This document shows positions 29,416-37,343 of a stretch of 45,465 nucleotides of DNA, one piece after another. Each line of letters starts with the position of its first letter. Within the stretch, counting starts at the first letter, position 1. Both the position numbers and the translations under genes were made by a program. Location of the stretch: contig DASWHG010000219.1 in assembly GCA_036393315.1 (NCBI GenBank), positions 1 to 45,465 on the forward strand, given 5' to 3'. Source of the DNA: Anaerolineales bacterium (lineage in GTDB: Bacteria; Chloroflexota; Anaerolineae; Anaerolineales; UBA4823). The notes beneath the pieces are model-generated. The model made no database searches, was not told where the DNA came from, and saw only the letters and a list, made by a program, of their open reading frames with translations.

Positions 29416-29443
29416 TTTGCTATTGATAGTAGCTGCAATAGCA
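29416..29443. promoter_or_regulatory. inverted repeat TTGCTATTG-N10-CAATAGCAA (candidate operator at the fur-family gene promoter)
   Basis: Perfect 9-bp arms lie 12-39 nt upstream of the regulator ATG. On the minus strand the repeat spans a TACTAT -10-like hexamer. Confidence 0.35.
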
Positions 29444-29484
29444 AGCAGTATAACCTAAGATGCCCTGGAGCACAAGGGGCGGGT

Positions 29485-29569
29485 GATCGTTACTATGGCT
29501 TTCTCAAAGTCGAAAGCCCTGCTTTTCCCCACCCCAAACCCCATTTTTGAGAAAGCCATGATCGTTACT
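29485..29569. mobile_element. MITE-like miniature element: 65-bp core with 14-bp terminal inverted repeats and a 10-bp direct duplication
   Basis: GATCGTTACT (29485-29494) | ATGGCTTTCTCAAA (29495-29508) ... TTTGAGAAAGCCAT (29546-29559) | GATCGTTACT (29560-29569). Both the direct repeat and the inverted repeat are perfect. Confidence 0.45.
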
Positions 29570-29602
29570 TCCAGCAAGACGGGCCGGTCAAGAAGGTGCG
29601 AA

Positions 29603-29637
29603 TAAAAAACCCGCTCCATCCTTCTCGGGAGCGGGTT
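29603..29637 (-). terminator. rho-independent terminator of trxA
   Basis: On the minus strand: ACCCGCTCC-N10-GGAGCGGGT followed by TTTTTT. It lies about 40 nt after the trxA stop. Confidence 0.8.
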
Positions 29638-29676
29638 AGGTGGTGCTTTCGCCTGTTGACAGCGATCCAGCGCCGA

Positions 29677-30009
29677 TCAAGCAGTCTGAAGGTGAGGGTT
29701 TATCCGGTTGGTAATGCGATCTTTCGGCTGGAAACCGGTCATGCGCTCAAGAGGCTCCCCGCTCACGAAGAGCATCAGCGTCGGGACGCCCATGACCTGG
29801 TACTCCATGGCGATGTTTGGGTTGTGGTCCACATCCAGCTTTACCACCTTGACCTTACCGTTCCATTCCTGGGCAAGCTGTTCTACAATTGGATCCAGCA
29901 TCTTGCATGGTGAGCACCAAACGGCCGAAAAGTCGACTAAGACCGGCTGGGAAGCGGATAAAACCTCATCCTGGTAGTTATCTTCATTTACTTCTGTAAT
30001 GTTTGCCAT
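29677..30009 (-). CDS. trxA: thioredoxin (active site WCSPC)
   Basis: 110 aa with the thioredoxin fold pattern VLVDFSAVWCSPCKML......KVVKLDVD.N......Y.V.GVPTL. Trimmed to the second ATG after GGAGG. A promoter lies inside the longer track ORF. Confidence 0.9.
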   Translation of the reverse strand: MANITEVNEDNYQDEVLSASQPVLVDFSAVWCSPCKMLDPIVEQLAQEWNGKVKVVKLDVDHNPNIAMEYQVMGVPTLMLFVSGEPLERMTGFQPKDRITNRINPHLQTA

Positions 30010-30073
30010 CATTTCCTCCGCGCGCTGCTGTTCGATCGCGGCAGCCCATTCACACTGAATGTCCGCCAGGATC

Positions 30074-30102
30074 ATGGTAACCAGACTGGCTCGAAAAGTC
30101 AA
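30074..30102 (-). promoter_or_regulatory. trxA promoter TTGACT-17 nt-TACCAT
   Basis: On the minus strand, -35 TTGACT at 30102-30097, a 17-nt spacer and -10 TACCAT at 30079-30074, about 55 nt upstream of the trimmed trxA start. Confidence 0.45.
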
Positions 30103-30160
30103 GGATTACACTATGCGAGTCCATTCGGCCAGCCGGTCCGGCCAGCCCAAGAACACCGTC

Positions 30161-30189
30161 TTGCACTCCAGGGCGAGTAAAAATAGGAT
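30161..30189 (+). promoter_or_regulatory. candidate kynU promoter TTGCAC-17 nt-TAGGAT
   Basis: Hexamers at 30161-30166 and 30184-30189. An AAGGAGAG SD precedes the ATG at 30223. Confidence 0.35.
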
Positions 30190-30222
30190 TGGGGAGGTGG
30201 AAGGCAGTAAGGAGAGACAGCT

Positions 30223-31500
30223 ATGGAACCTGCTAACTTTGAGATCGGACCTGATTATCCCCGCCGGCTGGATGCCAAGGACGAGCTGGCTTCCTTCAGG
30301 AATGCCTTCGTCATCAGCGATCCGGGGCTCATCTATATGGATGGGAACTCCCTTGGGAGGCTGACCCGGCGGGCCGCGGCGCGGCTGAAAGCTGCAGCCG
30401 AAGTGGAGTGGGGCGGCGACCTGGTCCGCGGCTGGAATAACGACTGGTACCAGGCGCCAGCGCGGGCCGGCGAGAAGATTGCCCGGATTACCGGCGCGGG
30501 GCCGGGACAGGTGATTGTCTGCGATTCTACATCCGTGAACCTGTTCAAGCTGGTGATAGCGGCGCTGTCGCTCCGGCCCGGAAGAGAGCGCATCGTGAGC
30601 GATGTTTTAAACTTCCCTTCGGATCTGTACATTTTGCAGGGGTGCATCCAGCTGCTCGGGAACTGCCACCGGCTTCAACTGGTGCCTTCCGAGGACGGCA
30701 TCCACAGCGACCTGGATGCCCTATACCAGGCGCTGGACGAAAACACCGCATTGGTCACGCTCTCACACGTGACCTTCAAGAGCGGTTTCCTCTACGACCT
30801 CGAAGCGGTCACCCGGCGGGCGCACGAGGCCGGGGCGCTGGTTCTATGGGATCTCAGCCACTCTGCCGGGGTGGTCCCGATCGCGCTGGACCGTTGGGGA
30901 GCCGACCTGGCAGTCGGCTGCACGTACAAATACCTGAACGGAGGGCCTGGTGCACCCGCTTTTCTGTACGTTCGCCGCGAACTGCAGGAGCAGGCCCGCT
31001 CGCCTATTTGGGGCTGGTTCGGCCAGAGGGAGCCTTTTGCCTTTGGCCTCGAATACGCGCCCGCTCCGGGGATGGCCCAGTGGCTGGCCGGGACGCCGCC
31101 GGTGCTGTCGCTCGTGGCGATGGAGGCAGCTTTAGGTCTGACCATAGAAGCCGGCCTGCCCGCGATCCGGCGTAAATCGCTCCTGCTCACCTCGTACCTG
31201 GTCTTCCTGATCGACCAGGTGCTGGCTCCGCTGGGATTCAGCCTCGGGTCGCCGCGCCGGTCCGAGCAGCGCGGCTCGCACGTCAGCCTGCGCCATCCGG
31301 AAGGCTACCGCATTAACCGGGCGCTGATCGAGGAGATGCAGGTCCTTCCCGATTTCCGTGAGCCGGATAACATCCGGCTTGGCCTGGCGCCGCTATACAC
31401 CTCCTTCAGCGAAGTGTGGGAAGCGGTCGAGCGCATCCAGCGGGTGGTTGCGGAGGAGAGGTATAAAACCTACTCGGCCGGTCGCCTGACCGTGACCTGA
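30223..31500 (+). CDS. kynU: kynureninase (PLP-dependent)
   Basis: 425 aa, collinear with bacterial kynureninases. Motifs IYMDGNSLG, TSVNLFKL, FPSDLYI, GCTYKYLNGGPGAPAF (PLP-Lys region), RGSHVSLRHPEGY and DFREPDNIRLGLAPLYTSF. Confidence 0.9.
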   Translation: MEPANFEIGPDYPRRLDAKDELASFRNAFVISDPGLIYMDGNSLGRLTRRAAARLKAAAEVEWGGDLVRGWNNDWYQAPARAGEKIARITGAGPGQVIVCDSTSVNLFKLVIAALSLRPGRERIVSDVLNFPSDLYILQGCIQLLGNCHRLQLVPSEDGIHSDLDALYQALDENTALVTLSHVTFKSGFLYDLEAVTRRAHEAGALVLWDLSHSAGVVPIALDRWGADLAVGCTYKYLNGGPGAPAFLYVRRELQEQARSPIWGWFGQREPFAFGLEYAPAPGMAQWLAGTPPVLSLVAMEAALGLTIEAGLPAIRRKSLLLTSYLVFLIDQVLAPLGFSLGSPRRSEQRGSHVSLRHPEGYRINRALIEEMQVLPDFREPDNIRLGLAPLYTSFSEVWEAVERIQRVVAEERYKTYSAGRLTVT

Positions 31501-31579
31501 GGGGAAATGGAAAGCGTCCCTTTTAGGCCGATCCGGGGTAAAATCAGGGCGTGCACGATCCCCACGTTTTGGAGCCCGA

Positions 31580-32521
31580 ATGGAAAAATGGAAAATCTTG
31601 ATCACAGATGGCCTGGAAGAGACCGGCCTGGCGATCCTGCGCGCCGAAGTTGAGGTCGAGAGCCGGGAGGTTCTCCCGGCCGAGGAGCTGTTGCAAATCA
31701 TTGGCGACTACGAGGCCCTGGTTGTGCGCGGGCGGACGAAAGTGACCGGGCAGGTCTTCTTGGCGGGCAGCAAATTGAAGGTCGTCGGGCGGGCAGGCGT
31801 CGGCGTGGATAATATCGACCTGGCTGCGGCCAACGCCCGTGGTGTGACTGTGGTAAACTCGCCCCTGGCGACTTCCCAGGCGGTGGCAGAGCATACCCTC
31901 GGCTTGATGTTGGCTCTGGCGCGTTCCATCCCGCTGGGCGATGCCGGGATGAAATCAGGGCAGTGGCTCAAGAAGGAGCTGCTCGGGGTTGAGGTCCAGG
32001 GAAAGGTATTGGGTGTGATCGGTATGGGCAATATCGGGAGCACGGTGGCGCGCCTGGCGGCTGCGCTTAGTATGCAGGTGATCGGATTTGACCCCCTGGT
32101 CCCCCCGGCCGAGATCCAGCAGTGCGGGGCAGAGCCGGTCACCCTGGGGGAACTCTACAACCGGTCCGACTTCATCACCATCCACGTACCGCTCACCCAG
32201 GAAACCAAGGGCATGATCAACGGGCAATCCCTGGGACACATGAAGCGCGGCGTGCGCCTGGTGTGCGCGGCGCGCGGCGGGGTGATCGACGAGACTGCTC
32301 TGCTCGGGGCCCTGGAATCGGGCCAGGTAGCCGGGGCGGCGTTAGACGTTTTTGCCCAGGAACCACCGGGCGTATCCGCATTGGTAACCCATCCGGCGGT
32401 CGTCGCCACCCCGCACATCGGAGCACAGACGGTCGAAGCCCAGGCGCGAGCCGCCAGGGACATCGCCCTCGAAGTGTTATCAGCCTTGAAAGGTGAGCCT
32501 CTCCGCTGGAGAGTCGTATAG
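31580..32521 (+). CDS. D-isomer-specific 2-hydroxyacid dehydrogenase (short phosphoglycerate-dehydrogenase-like, no ACT domain)
   Basis: 313 aa with NAD motif GVIGMGNIGSTVA. The catalytic region has R (ARGGVIDE) and HIGAQT. Confidence 0.8.
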   Translation: MEKWKILITDGLEETGLAILRAEVEVESREVLPAEELLQIIGDYEALVVRGRTKVTGQVFLAGSKLKVVGRAGVGVDNIDLAAANARGVTVVNSPLATSQAVAEHTLGLMLALARSIPLGDAGMKSGQWLKKELLGVEVQGKVLGVIGMGNIGSTVARLAAALSMQVIGFDPLVPPAEIQQCGAEPVTLGELYNRSDFITIHVPLTQETKGMINGQSLGHMKRGVRLVCAARGGVIDETALLGALESGQVAGAALDVFAQEPPGVSALVTHPAVVATPHIGAQTVEAQARAARDIALEVLSALKGEPLRWRVV

Positions 32522-32552
32522 AAGAAGTGGTAATATAAAACCAGGAGAATCT

Positions 32553-34061
32553 ATGTCGACCCATTCGAATCTGTCTGAACTCAAATGTATCCTGAACGAG
32601 GTTGCCGATATCAACCATACCATTGGCCTGCTCATTTGGGACCAACAAACGTGCATGCCACCGGGCGGGTCACAAGGGCGCGGCCACCAGCTGGAGACGC
32701 TCACCCGCCTTTCGCACCTCCGGTTCACCTCCGAAGAGGTGGGGCAACTGCTCGAAGATTTGAAGCCTTATGCAGCCGGGCTCGACCCGGATTCGGATGA
32801 GGCCCGCCTGATCAATGTGACCGCTCGCCTGTATGATAAGCGCACCCGCGAGCCCGCCGATTTCGTCGGAGAGTTTGCCAGGGTCGCCAGCGATGCGCAT
32901 CTCGTCTGGGAAGAGGCGCGGGCGGAATCCAATTTCGCGAAGTTCCAACCCCACCTCGAACGGATCGTGGAGATGCGCCGCCGCTACGCTGATTTCTTTG
33001 CACCTTACGAGCACGTCTACGATCCTCTTCTGGACAATTTCGAACCCGGACTGAAGACTGCGGAAGTGCAGGAGATTTTCTCGGCCCTGCGGCCACAGCA
33101 GGTCGCGCTGATCCAGGCCATTCAAGAACGTCCCCAGGTAGGCGATTCCTTCCTACACCAAGATTACGAAGAGAAGAAGCAGTGGGATTTCGGCGTGGGG
33201 GTCATCAGCGAATTTGGGTACGATTGGAAGCGCGGCCGCCAGGATAAAGCCACGCACCCCTTTACCCAGGGCATTGGGGTGGGCGATGTGCGCATCACCA
33301 CCCGCTTCCTGGAGGACTACGGCGCTTCGGCGCTCTTCAGTACGATGCACGAATGCGGCCATGCGCTCTACGAGCAAGGCGTTGAGCCGAACCTCGACCG
33401 CACCCCACTCGGCAAGGGCGCCTCTCTTGCGATCCACGAGTCTCAATCGCGCATGTACGAGAACCTGATCGGGCGCTCGTACAGCTTCTGGATCCGTTTC
33501 TACCCGCGGTTGCAGGAGACCTTCCCGGCCCAGCTCGGAAATGTCGATTTAGAGACCTTTTACAAAGGCATCAACAAGGTAGAGCCATCCTTGATCCGGG
33601 TCGAATCGGACGAGGCGACCTACAACCTGCACATCATGCTCCGCCTCGAACTCGAGATCGACTTGATGGAGGGCAATCTGGAAGTGAAAGACCTGCCGCA
33701 GGCCTGGAACAGCAAGATCGAGGCCAGCCTGGGCGTAACGCCTCCGAACGATGCCCTGGGAGTCCTCCAGGATATCCATTGGTCGGCCGGCATGATCGGC
33801 TACTTCTCCACTTACGCGCTGGGAAACCTGATCTCGGCCCAACTTTGGGAATGCGCCAACCGGGATATCCCCGACTTAGACGACCAGATCCGGCAGGGAG
33901 AGTTCAGCGCGATCACCGGGTGGATGCGCACACACATTCACCACCACGGGGCCAAGTTCGAGCCCCAGGAATTGGTCCAGCGCGTGACCGGCAGCAAGAT
34001 CGATCCAACACCGTATATGCGCTACTTGAACAAGAAGTACGGGGAGATATACAGCCTTTAG
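32553..34061 (+). CDS. M32-family (Taq-type) metallocarboxypeptidase
   Basis: HECGHALYE (HExxH), HESQSR and IRVESDEATYNLHI motifs. ATG at 32553 follows AGGAGA. The track extension was rejected. Confidence 0.9.
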   Translation: MSTHSNLSELKCILNEVADINHTIGLLIWDQQTCMPPGGSQGRGHQLETLTRLSHLRFTSEEVGQLLEDLKPYAAGLDPDSDEARLINVTARLYDKRTREPADFVGEFARVASDAHLVWEEARAESNFAKFQPHLERIVEMRRRYADFFAPYEHVYDPLLDNFEPGLKTAEVQEIFSALRPQQVALIQAIQERPQVGDSFLHQDYEEKKQWDFGVGVISEFGYDWKRGRQDKATHPFTQGIGVGDVRITTRFLEDYGASALFSTMHECGHALYEQGVEPNLDRTPLGKGASLAIHESQSRMYENLIGRSYSFWIRFYPRLQETFPAQLGNVDLETFYKGINKVEPSLIRVESDEATYNLHIMLRLELEIDLMEGNLEVKDLPQAWNSKIEASLGVTPPNDALGVLQDIHWSAGMIGYFSTYALGNLISAQLWECANRDIPDLDDQIRQGEFSAITGWMRTHIHHHGAKFEPQELVQRVTGSKIDPTPYMRYLNKKYGEIYSL

Positions 34062-34087
34062 CCCAGGATATTCAAAGAGGTAACATT

Positions 34088-34447
34088 ATGGCCCGCATCC
34101 TGTTCGTCGACGACGATCCTTTCACCCTGGAAATGCTGAACAAGTCCGTCCAGATTATCGGTCATGAGGCGATCCTGGCCTACTCCGGTGAACAAGCGCT
34201 GAATCTTTCGAAAACCCAGTCTCCGGACCTGATCCTGACGGACATGTGCCTCCCGGACATGGATGGCCTGGAGTTACTCAAAATCCTGAAGCAAACACAG
34301 GCGACCCGGGAGATTGCCGTGGTGGTCCTGTCTGCCAGCCCGGAGCTGGATGCAGCCGCACTGACTCAGTCTGCCGGGGCGAAAGAATACCTGCTCAAAC
34401 CGGTGCGCCTGCAAACCTTACAGGAAGTGATCGAGCGATACACCTGA
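34088..34447 (+). CDS. single-domain response regulator (CheY-like receiver only)
   Basis: 119 aa with all receiver residues: DDD pocket (FVDDD), phospho-acceptor Asp in LILTDMCLPDMDG, Ser in VLSAS and Lys in LLKP. There is no output domain. Confidence 0.9.
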   Translation: MARILFVDDDPFTLEMLNKSVQIIGHEAILAYSGEQALNLSKTQSPDLILTDMCLPDMDGLELLKILKQTQATREIAVVVLSASPELDAAALTQSAGAKEYLLKPVRLQTLQEVIERYT

Positions 34448-35430
34448 AATTCCCCCGATATTTTCGCCTGTCGTTAACCCTATTGGTGCTCGGGCTGGCA
34501 AGCAGCTGCAACCTGCCTGCCGGCCCGGGAACTCCCGGCGCGAGCCCGACCGCGAGCGAAATGGCCGTCACGGCCCAAATAACCAGGATCCCAGAGCGGG
34601 CCACACCGGCGAGAGCAGCAGTCACTCGCCAGGCAACGGAGACTTCACCCACCCAATCCATCCTCGAAACGGCGACCGCACTTCCAACAGCTTTACCGAC
34701 CGCAACGCCATTTCCCCCCTCGGCGACCCCAACATTGCCTCCCCCCAACCTTACGCCGCCACCGGAGATCCCGCTGGCGGCGATCCAAATCCTCAGCCCC
34801 GGCCCGGCCTCGAAAGTGGCGAGCCCCTTCCTGATGAGGGCCTACGTACCCCCCGGGCCCAATGGGGTCGTGCGGATCGAGCTGCAAGGGGAAGACGGAC
34901 GCCTGCTGATGCGGGAAGTGCGGGTGTACGGCAACACCCGCGGCGCTCAGGTTCTCATCGGTCAGGAAGTGACCTTTGGCATCTCGGCCGTCGCGGAGGT
35001 CGGCAGGCTGCAGATCAGCGTCCAGGACGAAAATGGCCAGGTCATGGCCCTCTCCTCGGTCGATTTGATCCTGCTCTCCATTGGAGAGGCGGACTTTAAC
35101 CCTCCCGGCGACCTGCTTGAGCCAATATTCATTCAAACCCCACAAGCAGGGGATACGATCCAGGGAGGGATTTTGATTGTTTCGGGGCTGGCACGACCGC
35201 GAACTGACCAGCCTTTGATGATTGATTTAAAGGCGCCTGATGGTAAAATCTTGGGAACACGCCAGGTAGCGATAGAAGCCTCACCTGGCAGCACTTATGG
35301 GACCTTTACCATCGACGTTCCGTATACAGTCAGTTCTCCTGCCCGGGCACGCCTTTTCGTATGGGAACGCGGGGATCCAATCCCCGGGATGGCACAATTA
35401 TCTAGTTTGGAGGTTATGTTAAGTCCGTGA
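34444..35430 (+). CDS. secreted lipoprotein with Pro/Thr-rich linker and two Ig-like (Gmad2-type) domains
   Basis: From codon 34444 the frame reads (L)KFPRYFRLSLTLLVLGLASSC, a textbook lipoprotein signal peptide. Two repeats then resemble the bacterial Ig-like Gmad2 domain (ILSPGPASKVASPF... and IQTPQAGDTIQGGILIVSG...). No AUG, GUG or UUG is available, so the inferred start is CTG at 34444 (CTGA overlap with the receiver stop) or ATA at 34438. Confidence 0.6.
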   Translation: MKFPRYFRLSLTLLVLGLASSCNLPAGPGTPGASPTASEMAVTAQITRIPERATPARAAVTRQATETSPTQSILETATALPTALPTATPFPPSATPTLPPPNLTPPPEIPLAAIQILSPGPASKVASPFLMRAYVPPGPNGVVRIELQGEDGRLLMREVRVYGNTRGAQVLIGQEVTFGISAVAEVGRLQISVQDENGQVMALSSVDLILLSIGEADFNPPGDLLEPIFIQTPQAGDTIQGGILIVSGLARPRTDQPLMIDLKAPDGKILGTRQVAIEASPGSTYGTFTIDVPYTVSSPARARLFVWERGDPIPGMAQLSSLEVMLSP

Positions 35431-37319
35431 AAGCCCTGCGCTACGCCATTGTAACAGGCCTTTTCGCCATCCTTCTATCGGCTTGCGCTGCTACCACGCC
35501 CGAGCCGGACAGTCGCCAACCACTGCCCACTGCGAATGTGCCGCCTGTTTCCGATATCGATACGGCGATCGCTCTCTGGGAAAACAGCAACACGACCCGT
35601 TATTTCGCCGACCTGGAGGAACGGACCCCAGAAGACCACTGGAAAATCCGCCTGACCGTCGCGGATGGCCAGGTTCGAGCCGCGCAGAGGCTCGAAAGAG
35701 ACAGCGGCGGGAGCTGGGGAGAACCGGTCGCCCTGCCTTTGGAGGATGCTCGAAGCTATACAGTGGACGCCCTGCTGGCCCGCATCCGCCGGGATGCGAT
35801 GGGCTCCGGCCCGGCTCCAGTCAACTTGAAGGTAGCTTTTGATTCGAGTCTTGGTTTTCCGGCCGTCGTACATGCCGAGGCGCTGCCCGTATACGACGAG
35901 GAAGGCAGGATCATCCTCGACCGCCGGTATAGCTACGATCTCACCTTACAGGTTACAGCACTTCTCGAGGACGGCTATGAAGTGGGCCGCACCCCGATCC
36001 TGACCCTGTCCCGCAGCGGCGGACCACAGGCCTGGTGCGACAGCCTGCGAATCTTCGAGGATGGCATCTCGGTCTATACGGACGATTGCCGCGAGATACT
36101 TCTGCGCCTCTCACTCCCTGAAAGCCGGATAGAAGCGCTCGATACCCTGCGCAGCTCGTTCGGATCCCTTAATGATCTGCACCAGGAAGGGGACCAAAAC
36201 CAGCACCTGACCATCATCGGGACCGGGGAAGGCGATCCCGACCCGGCGGCTTTACAAGCTGCCTGGGACCTTTCGACTGAGGTGCACAAGCTTTCCTCTG
36301 AGCCGATTGGTTTGGGGTTGACGATGGGTTACATCCGGGAGGGCACGCTCTCCGGTTTTGATGTATTCAACCGGCAGACCTTGCCTGCCCAGGTCACGGT
36401 GCAGGGAGACCTGCGAGGCGCCGCCATCCAACCGGATGGGAAACTCATCGCCTACAGCGACGACGCTGGGCTGAAAGCCCTGGAGATCGCCACGGGTGAG
36501 ATCACCCTCCTGCTTCCTTCGCCCAAGGAGGGCTACTTCCAACCCCGCAGCTGGTCCGCCACAGGCCGCTTGCTGGTCACTCACGTGGCCGAGACGGCCA
36601 GCCCGGCTGAGCAGCATGGCTGGATATCGCTGGAAGAAGGGACTTTGAACCCGCTGCCGCTGCCTGAAGGCGTGGCCGGTTATGGGTGCGACACGGGCGC
36701 AGCCTGGTCTCCGGAAGGCCAGCTGCTCGCCATCAGCGGGATCGAATATGGCCATCCCTGCAACACGAGCGGCGGGCTATCGGTTTTAGACCTGGAGAGT
36801 GGAGAAGCGCAGAGGATCGTCGCGCCTGCAGTCTCTCCAGGCCTGGCGGGAAGCGACAGCATCACCGCGGGGGCACACACGCCGGCCTGGTCGCCTGATA
36901 GCAGCTGGATCGCTTTTGGATTAGACCAGGACGCCAACGCGGAATTATCCTTCCCGACCCGGCTTTACCGGGCGCGCCCTGACGGCAGCGACCTGACCCC
37001 GCTGACGAACAACTCCCAGGGAGTCGCGGCCTACCCAACCTGGGCTCCGGATGGCAGCCTGTACTACAGCCTGAGCCGGGCCAGCGCCGAGATGGACGGT
37101 ATCTATCGCTACGATCCAGCCGACAACACCCACACGCTGTTGATCCCCGGGGCAGATCTCTACCCGCGAAGCGTTTCACCTGACAACGGCTTCCTGCTCT
37201 ACCAACAGGGTAACGAGTTGAGATTATGGAGCATTTTCCTGAATGAGAACTACGCGGTAATTTTAGGAGACGAGGGCTCGCCGCCGGTCTTCGCCGGCTG
37301 GCTGCTGGCCGGCGAGTAA
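35427..37319 (+). CDS. lipoprotein with C-terminal TolB-like (PD40/WD40-like) beta-propeller
   Basis: GTG start overlaps the previous stop (GTGA). Signal peptide with lipobox (FAILLSAC). Reiterated propeller blades: IQPDGKLIAYS, AWSPEGQLLAIS, AWSPDSSWIAFG, TWAPDGSLYYS and VSPDNGFLLY. Confidence 0.75.
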   Translation: MKALRYAIVTGLFAILLSACAATTPEPDSRQPLPTANVPPVSDIDTAIALWENSNTTRYFADLEERTPEDHWKIRLTVADGQVRAAQRLERDSGGSWGEPVALPLEDARSYTVDALLARIRRDAMGSGPAPVNLKVAFDSSLGFPAVVHAEALPVYDEEGRIILDRRYSYDLTLQVTALLEDGYEVGRTPILTLSRSGGPQAWCDSLRIFEDGISVYTDDCREILLRLSLPESRIEALDTLRSSFGSLNDLHQEGDQNQHLTIIGTGEGDPDPAALQAAWDLSTEVHKLSSEPIGLGLTMGYIREGTLSGFDVFNRQTLPAQVTVQGDLRGAAIQPDGKLIAYSDDAGLKALEIATGEITLLLPSPKEGYFQPRSWSATGRLLVTHVAETASPAEQHGWISLEEGTLNPLPLPEGVAGYGCDTGAAWSPEGQLLAISGIEYGHPCNTSGGLSVLDLESGEAQRIVAPAVSPGLAGSDSITAGAHTPAWSPDSSWIAFGLDQDANAELSFPTRLYRARPDGSDLTPLTNNSQGVAAYPTWAPDGSLYYSLSRASAEMDGIYRYDPADNTHTLLIPGADLYPRSVSPDNGFLLYQQGNELRLWSIFLNENYAVILGDEGSPPVFAGWLLAGE

Positions 37320-37343
37320 AACCTATATCAGGAGATCAAATCT

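Noticed and set aside
30010-30102. 5' extensions of track ORFs: trxA to 30102, gyrA from 15597, metK from 24931, frr from 22506, M32 from 32493, receiver from 33779, HIT to 3499 and cbiM to 28905
   Set aside because: The extensions are non-homologous to the family N-termini and lack SDs. In several cases they contain the gene's own promoter or terminator or overlap neighbouring genes. Internal starts with proper SD spacing were chosen instead.
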